24,000 nt of DNA from Kitasatospora hibisci (GCF_043950205.1 NZ_CP171642.1:7356294-7380293); one strand, 5' to 3'; numbered from the stretch's first letter, positions 1 through 8,590 are shown. Notes: generated by a model not told the origin, from the letters alone. Translations and numbers: made by a program.

Positions 1-1104
1 GTACGGCGATGCGTCTCGGCCGGCGAGCACCTGCCGGCCTCCGTCTGGGAGGCCTTCCACGCGGCCACGGGGCGGCGGCTGGTCGACGGGATCGGGGCCA
101 CGGAGCTGCTGCACGTGTTCATCTCCGCCGCCGACGGTGACATCCGCCCCGGCGCGACCGGCCGGCCGGTCCCCGGCTACCGGGCCGCCGTGCTCGACAC
201 GGACGGCGTGCCGGTGCCGGACGGCAGCCCGGGACTGCTCGCCGTCAAGGGCCCCACCGGATGCCGCTACCTGCGCGACGAGCGCCAGCTCAGCTACGTG
301 CGCAACGGCTGGAACCTCACCGGCGACACCTACGTGCGTGACCGCGACGGCTACTTCTGGTACCAGGCGCGCACGGACGACATGATCGTCTCGGCCGGCT
401 ACAACATCGCCGGACCCGAGGTCGAACGGGTGCTGGCCGACCACCCGGACGTGCTGGACAGCGCGGTGGTCGGCGTGCCCGACGAGCGGCGTGGCAGCGT
501 GGTCCGGGCGTACGTGGTGCTGCGCGAGGGCGTGCCGGCGGGGCCCGGGACCGTCCGGGCACTCCAGGAGCACGTCAAGCGGACGATAGCGCCGTACAAG
601 TACCCGCGTGAGATCGAGTTCGTCACCGAACTGCCGCGCACCGCCACCGGCAAGCTGCACCGGGCCGAGCTGCGCCGTCGGGCGGCGGTGCACCCGGCCA
701 GCGTGGCGGTGGAGCGGCGGGTGGAGTGGTCGGACACCGACGCGGCCGGGCACTACCACTTCTCGGCGGTGCAGCGCTGGGTCGAGGCGGCGGAGGCGGT
801 GCTGCTGCGCCGGCTCGGTCTGGCCGGGCTGTTCGGCCGGATCCCGCGGGTGCACTTCGAGGCCGACTACCGCGAACGCCTCTGGTTCGGCGACCAGGTC
901 CGCACCGAGCTGCGCGTCCTGCGGGTCGGAGGCTCCTCGCTGCACTACGCCTTCGAGGTGCACGGCCCGCTGGGCCTGGCCGCGACCGGGCGGATGTCGG
1001 TGGTGCACGCCGCCGCGCAGGCCAAGGGCGCCGAACCCTGGCCCGCCGAGGTGCGCCGGGCGCTCGCCGAGTCCGGGCCGCAACGGCCGGAGGGTTACCG
1101 GTGA
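1..1104 (+). CDS. Aryl-CoA ligase (AMP-dependent; benzoate/salicylate/2-aminobenzoate-CoA ligase type), C-terminal portion, fused to a hotdog-fold (4HBT-type) acyl-CoA thioesterase domain; 5' end outside window
   Basis: Frame 1 is open from base 1 (..CVSAGEHLP..GIGATELLHVFIS..) and runs into track ORF 115..1104. It has adenylate-forming C-terminal motifs (YVRDRDGYFWYQARTDDMIVSAGYNI, PRTATGKLHR). From about nt 700 there is a thioesterase-like block (VEWSDTDAAGHYHF). Stop TGA 1102-1104 overlaps the next start. Confidence 0.85.
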   Translation, partial: VRRCVSAGEHLPASVWEAFHAATGRRLVDGIGATELLHVFISAADGDIRPGATGRPVPGYRAAVLDTDGVPVPDGSPGLLAVKGPTGCRYLRDERQLSYVRNGWNLTGDTYVRDRDGYFWYQARTDDMIVSAGYNIAGPEVERVLADHPDVLDSAVVGVPDERRGSVVRAYVVLREGVPAGPGTVRALQEHVKRTIAPYKYPREIEFVTELPRTATGKLHRAELRRRAAVHPASVAVERRVEWSDTDAAGHYHFSAVQRWVEAAEAVLLRRLGLAGLFGRIPRVHFEADYRERLWFGDQVRTELRVLRVGGSSLHYAFEVHGPLGLAATGRMSVVHAAAQAKGAEPWPAEVRRALAESGPQRPEGYR

Positions 1105-3635
1105 CCGGCGGCGTGCCGCCGGTGAACGGCGGGGGCGTGCCGGCAGGCTCCGCGGTGCGGCGGATCGCGGTGATCGGCGCGGGTCCCGGCGGTCTCTACT
1201 TCGCCGCGCTGGCCAAGAAGTTGGCGCCGCACCGGGAGATCACCGTGTGGGAGCGCGACGCCCGCGACGACGCCCACGGCTTCGGCGTGGTCTTCTCGGA
1301 CGAGACGCTGGACGGCATCGCCCAGGCCGATCCGCCCGTCCTCGCCGCGCTGTCCGCCGAGTTCGCCCGCTGGAGCGACGTCGACGTCCGCTACGCCGGC
1401 CAGGTCCGCACCTGCGGCGGGCACGGCTTCGCCGCGCTGGACCGCAACCGGTTGCGCACGATCCTGCAACAGCGCTGCGCCGCTCTGGGGGTGGACGTGC
1501 GCTACCGCACGCCCGCGCCGCCGGTGGCCCGACTGGCGGCGGGGTACGACCTGGTGGTGGCCGCCGACGGGGTGCGCTCGGCCACCCGGGCGGCGTTCGC
1601 GGAGGCCTTCCGGCCCGAGCTGGACGAGCGGCACTGCCGCTACATCTGGCTCGCCACCGACAAGGTCTTCGAGGCCTTCACCTTCATCGTCGAGCAGCAC
1701 GACTTCGGCGCGCTCCAGGTGCACGCCTATCCGTACAGCCGCCGGCGCTCGACGTTCATCGTGGAGATGGCCGAGGAGGCGTGGCGCAAGGCGGGCTTCG
1801 AGGAGCCGGCCGGCCGGGAGCCGGGGCGCGGGGAGAGCGACCTGCCGAGCGTGCTGCGGTGCGAGCGGCTGCTCGCTCCGCACCTGGACGGGCACCGGCT
1901 GATCCCCAACGCCTCGCGCTGGATCCGTTTCACCACCGTGCGCAACGCGAGCTGGCACCACCGCAACGTGGTGCTGCTCGGGGACGCCGCGCACACCGCC
2001 CACTTCTCGATCGGATCGGGCACCAAGCTGGCCCTGGAGGACGGCCTGGCGCTGGCCGCCGCACTGCACGAACACCCTTTGCTCGAAGCTGCGTTGGTGG
2101 CCTACGAGCGCGAGCGGCGGCCGGTGGTGGAGTCCGCGCAGCGGGCCGCGCAGGCGAGCCTGGAGTGGTTCGAGACCGTCGGCCGGCACACCGGACAGGG
2201 CGCCGATCAGTTCGCCTTCAACCTGCTCACCCGCAGCCGCCGGGTCACCTACGGCAACCTGCGCGCCCGGGACGCCGCCTTCGTGGACGCCGTCGACGCG
2301 GCCTTCGGCGGTGCTGCGGACGGCGCGGCGGCGGCCCGCGCGGCGAGCCCCGACAGCGCGGCCTCCCCGGCCGGGGACCCCGACGGCGGCGGCCCGGCGG
2401 GGGTTGCGCCGATGTTCCGGCCGCTGCGGCTGGGCCGGCTGCGGCTGCGCAACCGGATCGTGGTGCCGCCGCTGGCCACCTTCACCGCCGTCGACGGGAT
2501 GCCCAGCGGCTTCGACCGGGCCCAGCTCTGCGCGCAGGTCCTCGGCGGCGCCGGTCTGGTCTTCACCGGCATGACCGCGGTCAGCGCGCGGGGCCGGGCC
2601 ACCGAGCGGTGTCCGGGCCTGTGGACGGACGCCCAGGAGGCCGCCTGGCGCTCGGTGGTGCGCGCGGCCCGGGAGCTCGGTGACACCCCGGTGGGCATCC
2701 AGCTGACCCACGCCGGCCGGCGCGCGGCGAGCACCGTCCCCGGCCCGGACGGGATCGGGCGCCCCCTCGCGGACGGTTGGCCGACGCTGGCGGCCTCGCC
2801 GCTGCCATGGGCGGCGGGGGGCCCGGCGCCGCACCCGGCCGGCGCGGCGGAACTGGCCGGTGTGGTCGCCGACTTCGCGGCCGCCGCGGCCCGTGCCGAC
2901 CGGGCCGGATTCGACGTGCTGGGGCTGCAGTTCGGCCACGGGCACCTGGTCTCCGGTTTCCTCTCGCCGCTGACCAACCACCGTACCGACCGCTACGGCG
3001 GGCCGCTGGAGCACCGGGTCCGGCTGGCCCTGGAGGTGCTCGCCGCGGTGCGGGCCGCCTGGCCGGCCGGCAAGCCGATCGTGGTCCGGGTCTCGGCCGC
3101 CGACTGGGCGCCGGGCGGAACCACCGAGGCGGAGGCGGTGGCGATCTGCCGGGCACTGGCCGGAGCGGGCGCGGACGCCCTGGACGTCTCCACGGGCGAG
3201 GTGGTCGCGCACCAGGAGGTGCCCTACGGGCGCGGCTACCAGGTGCCGTTCGCCGACCTGATCCGCAACGTGACCGGGATCCCGACCATCGCGGTCGGCG
3301 CGATCTCCGGTCACGACGACGCCAACTCGGTGCTGCTGGCCGGCCGGGCGGACCTGGTCGCGATCGGCCGGGCCCACCTGTACGACCCGCTGTGGACGCT
3401 GCACGCCGCGGCCGAGCAGGGCTACGCGGGCCCCGGGGCGCGCTGGCCGCAGCCGTGGCAGCCGGGCAGCCGTCGGCCGCCCGGGCCCGGCACGGACCGG
3501 GTCGCGCCCCGGCTGCGGCTGCTGCCGGAGGCGGCCGCGCCGGTGCACCGCCGCTGGCTTCCGGCGGACGCTCCGGCCGCCGGAAGCCGGGACCAGAACG
3601 CCGGCCGGGAGCCGACCGAACCCGTGCCGAACTGA
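1101..3635 (+). CDS. Two-domain flavoprotein of the salicylyl-CoA 5-hydroxylase / 2-aminobenzoyl-CoA monooxygenase-reductase family (N-terminal FAD aromatic hydroxylase + C-terminal Old-Yellow-Enzyme-like flavin oxidoreductase)
   Basis: In-frame part of track ORF 726..3635. GTG 1101 overlaps the upstream stop (GTGA); GTG alternatives a few codons downstream are possible. Motifs: IAVIGAGPGG dinucleotide fold, GDAAHTAHFSIGSGTKLALEDG hydroxylase motif, an Ala/Pro/Gly linker, then OYE-type motifs (LRNRIVVPP, QFGHGHLVSGFLSPLTNHRTDRYGG, AIGRAHLYDP). Confidence 0.85.
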   Translation: MTGGVPPVNGGGVPAGSAVRRIAVIGAGPGGLYFAALAKKLAPHREITVWERDARDDAHGFGVVFSDETLDGIAQADPPVLAALSAEFARWSDVDVRYAGQVRTCGGHGFAALDRNRLRTILQQRCAALGVDVRYRTPAPPVARLAAGYDLVVAADGVRSATRAAFAEAFRPELDERHCRYIWLATDKVFEAFTFIVEQHDFGALQVHAYPYSRRRSTFIVEMAEEAWRKAGFEEPAGREPGRGESDLPSVLRCERLLAPHLDGHRLIPNASRWIRFTTVRNASWHHRNVVLLGDAAHTAHFSIGSGTKLALEDGLALAAALHEHPLLEAALVAYERERRPVVESAQRAAQASLEWFETVGRHTGQGADQFAFNLLTRSRRVTYGNLRARDAAFVDAVDAAFGGAADGAAAARAASPDSAASPAGDPDGGGPAGVAPMFRPLRLGRLRLRNRIVVPPLATFTAVDGMPSGFDRAQLCAQVLGGAGLVFTGMTAVSARGRATERCPGLWTDAQEAAWRSVVRAARELGDTPVGIQLTHAGRRAASTVPGPDGIGRPLADGWPTLAASPLPWAAGGPAPHPAGAAELAGVVADFAAAAARADRAGFDVLGLQFGHGHLVSGFLSPLTNHRTDRYGGPLEHRVRLALEVLAAVRAAWPAGKPIVVRVSAADWAPGGTTEAEAVAICRALAGAGADALDVSTGEVVAHQEVPYGRGYQVPFADLIRNVTGIPTIAVGAISGHDDANSVLLAGRADLVAIGRAHLYDPLWTLHAAAEQGYAGPGARWPQPWQPGSRRPPGPGTDRVAPRLRLLPEAAAPVHRRWLPADAPAAGSRDQNAGREPTEPVPN

Positions 3636-3646
3636 GGGAGGACCGG

Positions 3647-4690
3647 ATGCCCCATCTGCCCCGCTTCACCGCCGCCGCCGTCCAGGCCGCCCCCGTCTAC
3701 CTCGACGCGGACGCCACCGTCGACAAGGCCGCGGCCCTGATCGCCGAGGCGGCCGCGCACGGCGCCGAACTGGTGGTCTTCCCCGAGGTCTTCGTGCCCG
3801 GCTACCCCTACTGGAACTGGACGATGAACCCCGTCCAGGGCTCGCCCTGGTTCGAACGCCTCTACCTGGCCTCGGTCGACGTCCCCGGCCCGCACGTGGA
3901 CCTGCTGTGCGCGGCCGCCCGCCGGGCCGGGGTGGTCCTGGTGATCGGCGTCAACGAGCGCGGCGGGCCGGCACTGGGAACCCTGTACAACACGCTGCTC
4001 ACCATCGGTCCGGACGGCCGGCTGCTGGGCGTGCACCGCAAGCTCGTACCGACCTGGGCCGAGAAGCTGACCTGGGCACCGGGCGACGGCAGTTCACTGG
4101 TGGTGCACCGCACGCCGGTCGGCCCGCTCGGAGCGCTCGCCTGCGGCGAGAACACCAACCCGCTGGCCCGCTTCACCCTGCTAGCCCAGGGCGAACTGGT
4201 GCACGCCGCGAGCTACATCGCACTGCCGGTCGCGCCCGACGACTACGACATGGCGGAGGCGATCGCCCTGCGCGCGGCCGCGCACTGCTTCGAGGGCAAG
4301 GTGTTCACCGTGGTCTCCTGCTCGACGATCTCGGCCGAGATCGTCGACCTGGTGGCCGGCGGGGACCAGCAGGTGCGCAAGCAGCTCGCCCGCCCGCGCG
4401 CCGCGCTCTCCGGAGTCTTCGGCCCGGACGGGCGCCCGGTCACGGAGCCGCTGGTCGACGAGGAGGGCATCGTCTACGCCGAGATCGACCTCGCGCGCTG
4501 CGTCCGGCCCAAGCAGATGCACGACATCGTCGGCCACTACAACCGCTTCGACGTCTTCCGGCTGCACGTCGACACCGGCCCGCACCGGCCCGTGCACCTC
4601 CGTGACGGCCACCGGCCCGACGACCACCGGCCCGGCGCGAACCGGTTCCACCCCGAGCAGGAGAGCACCCACCACCAGGAGGACGCGTGA
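3647..4690 (+). CDS. Nitrilase-superfamily (C-N hydrolase) enzyme, nitrilase-like
   Basis: In-frame part of track ORF 2777..4690. ATG 3647 is preceded by GGGAGG. Catalytic Glu/Lys/Cys contexts are VVFPEVFVPGYP, VHRKLVPT and GALACGENTNPLARF. There is a His/Pro/Asp-rich C-terminal tail. Confidence 0.85.
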   Translation: MPHLPRFTAAAVQAAPVYLDADATVDKAAALIAEAAAHGAELVVFPEVFVPGYPYWNWTMNPVQGSPWFERLYLASVDVPGPHVDLLCAAARRAGVVLVIGVNERGGPALGTLYNTLLTIGPDGRLLGVHRKLVPTWAEKLTWAPGDGSSLVVHRTPVGPLGALACGENTNPLARFTLLAQGELVHAASYIALPVAPDDYDMAEAIALRAAAHCFEGKVFTVVSCSTISAEIVDLVAGGDQQVRKQLARPRAALSGVFGPDGRPVTEPLVDEEGIVYAEIDLARCVRPKQMHDIVGHYNRFDVFRLHVDTGPHRPVHLRDGHRPDDHRPGANRFHPEQESTHHQEDA

Positions 4691-5799
4691 ACGACTACGA
4701 CGACACCCGGCCTGGCCGGGCCAGGGTCGGGAGCAGCCCCGAACTCGACTCCTACTACGAGGAGTTGGCCAAGCAGGAGGCCGGCGCTCTGTGGACGGTG
4801 GCGAACGAGATCGAGCCCTGGTACCCGCAGCCCAGGTCCGTCCCGGTGCTCTGGCGCTACGCCGACCTGGCACCACTGGTCCGCAAGGCGCTGCCGCTGG
4901 TGCGGGCGGACGACGCCGGCCGCCGGGTGGTGATGCTGGTCAACCCCGGCCGGCGTGAACTGAGCGCGGCCGTCGGTCTGTTGTACACGGGCCTGCAGAT
5001 CATGGGTCCGGGCGAGGCGATGACCGCGCACCGCCACCAGGCAGCCGCACTGCGCTTCGTCCACGAGGGCACCGGCGCCTGGACGGTCGTGGACGGCCAG
5101 AAGCTCAAGGTCGGGCCGCGCGACTTCGCGATCACGCCCAACAACACCTGGCACGAGCACGGCAACGAGGCCTCGGACCAGCCGGTGATCTGGCAGGACG
5201 GGCTCGACATCCCGCTGGTCAACGCGCTCGACGCGGGCTTCTACGAGGTCCACCCCGAGCTCTACCAGCAGCCCGGCACGGTCGTGAACTCCTCGCTGCT
5301 CAGCTACGCCGGCACCCTGCTGCCGTACGGCGTCGAGAAGTGGAGCCGGCCGTACTCCCCGCTGCTCGGCTGGCCCTGGGAGCCCAGCTACGAGGCGCTC
5401 CGGCGGCTGGCCCGGGCGGGCGAAGGATCCCCGTACGACGGCGTGATCATGGAGTACGCCAACCCGGTCACCGGCGGTCCGGTGATGCCGACCATGAGCG
5501 CCCACCTGCAACTGCTGCGCCCGGGGCAGGCCACGTCGGCGCACCGGCACACCGGTTCGGTCGTCTACACCGCGGCCAAGGGCCGCGGCGTCTCGGTGAT
5601 CGCCGGGCAGCGCTTCGAGTGGCAGCAGGGCGACGTCTTCGTGGTTCCGTCCTGGGCCTGGCACGAGCACGCGAACCCCGACCAGGGCGAGGACGCCTGC
5701 CTCTTCTCGTTCAACGACTTCCCGGTGATGCGCTCACTCGGCATGTACCGCGAGGAGGCCCACCCGGACAACGGCGGCCACCAGCCCGTCCTCTCGTAA
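4687..5799 (+). CDS. Gentisate 1,2-dioxygenase (bicupin)
   Basis: GTG 4687 overlaps the nitrilase stop (GTGA). There are two cupin modules with His motifs (MTAHRHQAAALRF..TWHEHGN and TSAHRHTGSVVY..AWHEHAN). The ~370 aa length is typical of the family. Stop is TAA 5797-5799. Confidence 0.85.
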   Translation: MNDYDDTRPGRARVGSSPELDSYYEELAKQEAGALWTVANEIEPWYPQPRSVPVLWRYADLAPLVRKALPLVRADDAGRRVVMLVNPGRRELSAAVGLLYTGLQIMGPGEAMTAHRHQAAALRFVHEGTGAWTVVDGQKLKVGPRDFAITPNNTWHEHGNEASDQPVIWQDGLDIPLVNALDAGFYEVHPELYQQPGTVVNSSLLSYAGTLLPYGVEKWSRPYSPLLGWPWEPSYEALRRLARAGEGSPYDGVIMEYANPVTGGPVMPTMSAHLQLLRPGQATSAHRHTGSVVYTAAKGRGVSVIAGQRFEWQQGDVFVVPSWAWHEHANPDQGEDACLFSFNDFPVMRSLGMYREEAHPDNGGHQPVLS

Positions 5800-5810
5800 G
5801 GAGTCCTTCG

Positions 5811-6746
5811 ATGCACCTGCTCAGCTTCCACACCGGCGGCAGCGACACGCCCCGTCTCGGCGCGCGGAGCGGCGAGCGCGTGGCCGACCTGGCGGCGCTC
5901 GCCGCCGCGGCCGGTGCCGAGCTGCCCGGCGATCTGGCCGCGTTGATCCGGGCCGGCGAACCCGCCCTGTCCACCGCGCGAGCGCTGCTGGCCGGTGCAC
6001 CGGCCGACGCCTGGCTGCCGATCTCCCGGGTCACGCTCCGTGCGCCGCTACGCCCCGGCAAGATCGTCGGAGTCGGCCTCAACTACGTCGAGCACGTCGA
6101 GGAGTCGCACCGCTCGCTCGACACCGAGCGCGAACTGCCGGACCGCCCGGTGCTGTTCGGCAAGCCGGCCACCGCCGTCACCGGCCCCGGCGGGCCGATC
6201 CTGCACAACGCGGACCTGACCAAGCAGCTCGACTGGGAGTGCGAACTGGCCGTGGTGATCGGCCAGGCCGCCCGCCGGGTCACCGAGGCCGAGGCGCTGC
6301 GGCACGTCTTCGGCTACAGCATCGTCAACGACATCAGCGCGCGTGACCAGCGCCGCTCCGGGCAGTGGTTCTTCTCCAAGGGCCAGGACTCCTACTGCCC
6401 GTTCGGACCGGTCGTGGTCACCGCCGACGAGATCCCGGACCCGCAGAACCTCGACCTCTCGCTCAAGGTCAACGGTGTGACCAAACAGGACTCCAACACC
6501 CGCCACATGCTCTTCGGCATCGCCCGGCTGATCGCCGACATCTCCTCCGGCATGACCCTGGAGCCCGGCGACGTCATCGCCACCGGCTCGCCGTCCGGCG
6601 TCGGAGCCGGCCTCGTCCCGCCGCAGTTCCTGCAGCCCGGCGACGTGGTGGAGGCCACGGTCGAGCGGATCGGCACGCTCGCCAACCCGGTCGTCGACGC
6701 CCGCGGCCACGAGGCCCGCGACCACGGCGAACTGGCGGGCGCATGA
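5811..6746 (+). CDS. Fumarylacetoacetate-hydrolase (FAH) family hydrolase; candidate fumarylpyruvate/maleylpyruvate hydrolase
   Basis: In-frame part of track ORF 5340..6746. ATG 5811 is preceded by AAGGAG, which overlaps the upstream TAA. FAH-family blocks: IVGVGLNYVEH, LDWECELAVVIG, VIATGSPSGVG. Confidence 0.85.
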   Translation: MHLLSFHTGGSDTPRLGARSGERVADLAALAAAAGAELPGDLAALIRAGEPALSTARALLAGAPADAWLPISRVTLRAPLRPGKIVGVGLNYVEHVEESHRSLDTERELPDRPVLFGKPATAVTGPGGPILHNADLTKQLDWECELAVVIGQAARRVTEAEALRHVFGYSIVNDISARDQRRSGQWFFSKGQDSYCPFGPVVVTADEIPDPQNLDLSLKVNGVTKQDSNTRHMLFGIARLIADISSGMTLEPGDVIATGSPSGVGAGLVPPQFLQPGDVVEATVERIGTLANPVVDARGHEARDHGELAGA

Positions 6747-7615
6747 CCGCCTACCGGATCGGCCAGATCGTCCCGAGCTCCAACGTCACCATGGAGACCG
6801 AGGTGCCGGCCCTGCTGCGGGCGAGGGAGAGGGTCGCCCCCGAGCGCTTCACCTTCCACTCCAGCCGGATGCGGATGACCAGGGTCACGCCCGAGCAACT
6901 GCGCGCGATGGACGCCGACTCGGACCGCTGCGCGCTCGAACTCTCCGACGCCCGGGTCGACGTGCTCGGCTACGCCTGCCTGGTGGCGGTCATGAGCAAC
7001 GGGCCCGGCTACCACCGGGAGGCCGAGCGGCGGCTGCACCGGCGCACCGCCGAGAACGGCGCACCGGCCCCGGTGGTGACCAGCGCCGGCGCCCTGGTGG
7101 CGGGGCTGCACGTTCTCGGGGCGAAGAAGGTCGTGCTGGTGGCTCCCTACCTGCGGCCGCTCGCCCGGACGGTGGTGGACTACCTGGCGCACGAGGGCAT
7201 CACGGTGACCGACCACGCGGCCCTGGAGATCCCCGACAACCTGGCGGTCGCCGCCCACGACCCGGCCCGGCTTCCCGGGATCGCCGCCCGCCTGGCGCAC
7301 GCCCGGGCGGACGCCGTGGTGCTCTCCGCCTGCGTGCAGATGCCCTCGCTGGCGGCCGTCGAGGAGGCCGAGCAGCGGCTCGGCAAGCCGGTGGTCTCCG
7401 CCGCGATCTGCACCGTCCACCAGCTGCTGCGCGCGCTCGGGCTGCCCGCCTTCGCCCCCGGGGCGGGGGCGCTGCTCTCCGGCGCCTACGCGGGGAGCGA
7501 GTCACCGGTCCCGGGTCCGGCGCCCAGCACACCGCCGTCCCGGCCGCCGGCGGCCGTGCCGCAGCCGCCCGCCGTCCCGCCGTCGGGATCACTTGGCTGC
7601 GCTCCGACAGTATGA
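6743..7615 (+). CDS. maiA: Maleate cis-trans isomerase (Asp/Glu-racemase superfamily) with a Pro-rich C-terminal extension
   Basis: In-frame part of track ORF 6365..7615. ATG 6743 overlaps the upstream stop (ATGA). Motifs: IGQIVPSSNVTMETE, the first catalytic-Cys context LGYACLVAV and the second LSACVQMPS. The last ~45 aa are Pro/Ala/Ser-rich. Confidence 0.8.
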   Translation: MTAYRIGQIVPSSNVTMETEVPALLRARERVAPERFTFHSSRMRMTRVTPEQLRAMDADSDRCALELSDARVDVLGYACLVAVMSNGPGYHREAERRLHRRTAENGAPAPVVTSAGALVAGLHVLGAKKVVLVAPYLRPLARTVVDYLAHEGITVTDHAALEIPDNLAVAAHDPARLPGIAARLAHARADAVVLSACVQMPSLAAVEEAEQRLGKPVVSAAICTVHQLLRALGLPAFAPGAGALLSGAYAGSESPVPGPAPSTPPSRPPAAVPQPPAVPPSGSLGCAPTV

Positions 7616-7684
7616 TCACGCCGGACGGCCGCGGACGCCGGCGCCGCCGCGCGCCCGCGAGGCCACGACGGGAGGAGGGTCGCC

Positions 7685-8590
7685 ATGCCGGAGAACGCGC
7701 CACGCCCCAGCTCCCTGATCCACACGATCTACGGCGAGTTCGTGCGGCGGCTCGGCGGCTGGATCTCGATAGCCGACCTGATCGCGCTGATGGCCGAACT
7801 GGACGTCGACGCACCCGCCGTCCGGTCGGCGATCTCGCGGCTGAAGAAGGCCGGCACCCTGCTGCAGGAGCGGCGCGCGGGCACCGGCTACCGGCTGAGC
7901 CCGGCGATGGGCCCCGTCTTCGACGAGGGCGACCGCCGGATCTTCCACAGCCTGGCGCCCGCCGAGCTCGCCGACGGCTGGGTGGTCGCGGTCTTCTCGG
8001 TCCCCGAGTCGGAGCGGGCCAGCCGCCACCAGCTGCGGTCGCGGCTGGGCTGGCTCGGCTTCGGCAACGCCGCCCCCGGGGTCTGGCTGGCGCCCGCCCG
8101 GGTGCTGCCGGACGCCCGGCGGCTGCTGGAGCGACTCGGGCTGAGCGCGTACGTCCACCTGTTCCTGTCCGAGTACGCGGGTTTCGCCGAACTGCGGTCG
8201 GCGGTCGGATCCTGGTGGGACTTCCCGGCGATCGAGGCGCAGTACGCCGAGTTCACCCAGGTCTGGGGGCAGGTGGCCGCCGGCCTGCGCCCGCACGCGC
8301 ACGCGCCGATCGATCCGGTCGAGGCGTTCCGCGCGTACGTTCCGATGCTCACCCAGTGGCGCCGGCTGCCCTACCTGGACCCGGGGTTGCCGGCGCCGCT
8401 GCTGCCGCCGGAGTGGAACGCCGTAGCGGCCCGCGCGGTCTTCACCGAACTGCACGGTCTGCTCGCCGAACCCGGTCTCCGGCACGTCGAGCAGCTCACC
8501 GGCCTGTCCCGCCGGGCGCTCGACGCCCAGCCCCAGCCGGCGCCGGATCCCCGTCCGTCGGCCCATCCGCCGCCCGACCGGACGCCGTGA
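7685..8590 (+). CDS. PaaX-family transcriptional regulator (aryl-CoA-responsive repressor type)
   Basis: Track ORF. It has an N-terminal winged-helix region (SIADLIALMAELDVDAPAVRSAISRLKKAG). PaaX-like core: WVVAVFSVPESERASRHQLRSRLGWLGFGNAAPGVWLAP. GGAGG lies upstream of the ATG. Confidence 0.8.
   Translation: MPENAPRPSSLIHTIYGEFVRRLGGWISIADLIALMAELDVDAPAVRSAISRLKKAGTLLQERRAGTGYRLSPAMGPVFDEGDRRIFHSLAPAELADGWVVAVFSVPESERASRHQLRSRLGWLGFGNAAPGVWLAPARVLPDARRLLERLGLSAYVHLFLSEYAGFAELRSAVGSWWDFPAIEAQYAEFTQVWGQVAAGLRPHAHAPIDPVEAFRAYVPMLTQWRRLPYLDPGLPAPLLPPEWNAVAARAVFTELHGLLAEPGLRHVEQLTGLSRRALDAQPQPAPDPRPSAHPPPDRTP

Noticed and set aside
608-3669. Long alternative-frame and antisense ORFs over the ligase/hydroxylase genes (608..2683 +, 1095..3548 -, 2581..3669 -, 2249..2977 -)
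   Set aside because: Their translations are Arg/Pro/Gly/Ala low-complexity strings typical of shadow ORFs in very GC-rich DNA. The overlapping frames carry clear enzyme motifs.
7593-7616. Good -10-like TATGAT (7611-7616) overlapping the maiA stop, as a promoter for the PaaX gene
   Set aside because: The only -35-like hexamer (TTGGCT, 7593-7598) is 12 nt away, which is too short. I cannot support a promoter call without transcription start site data.
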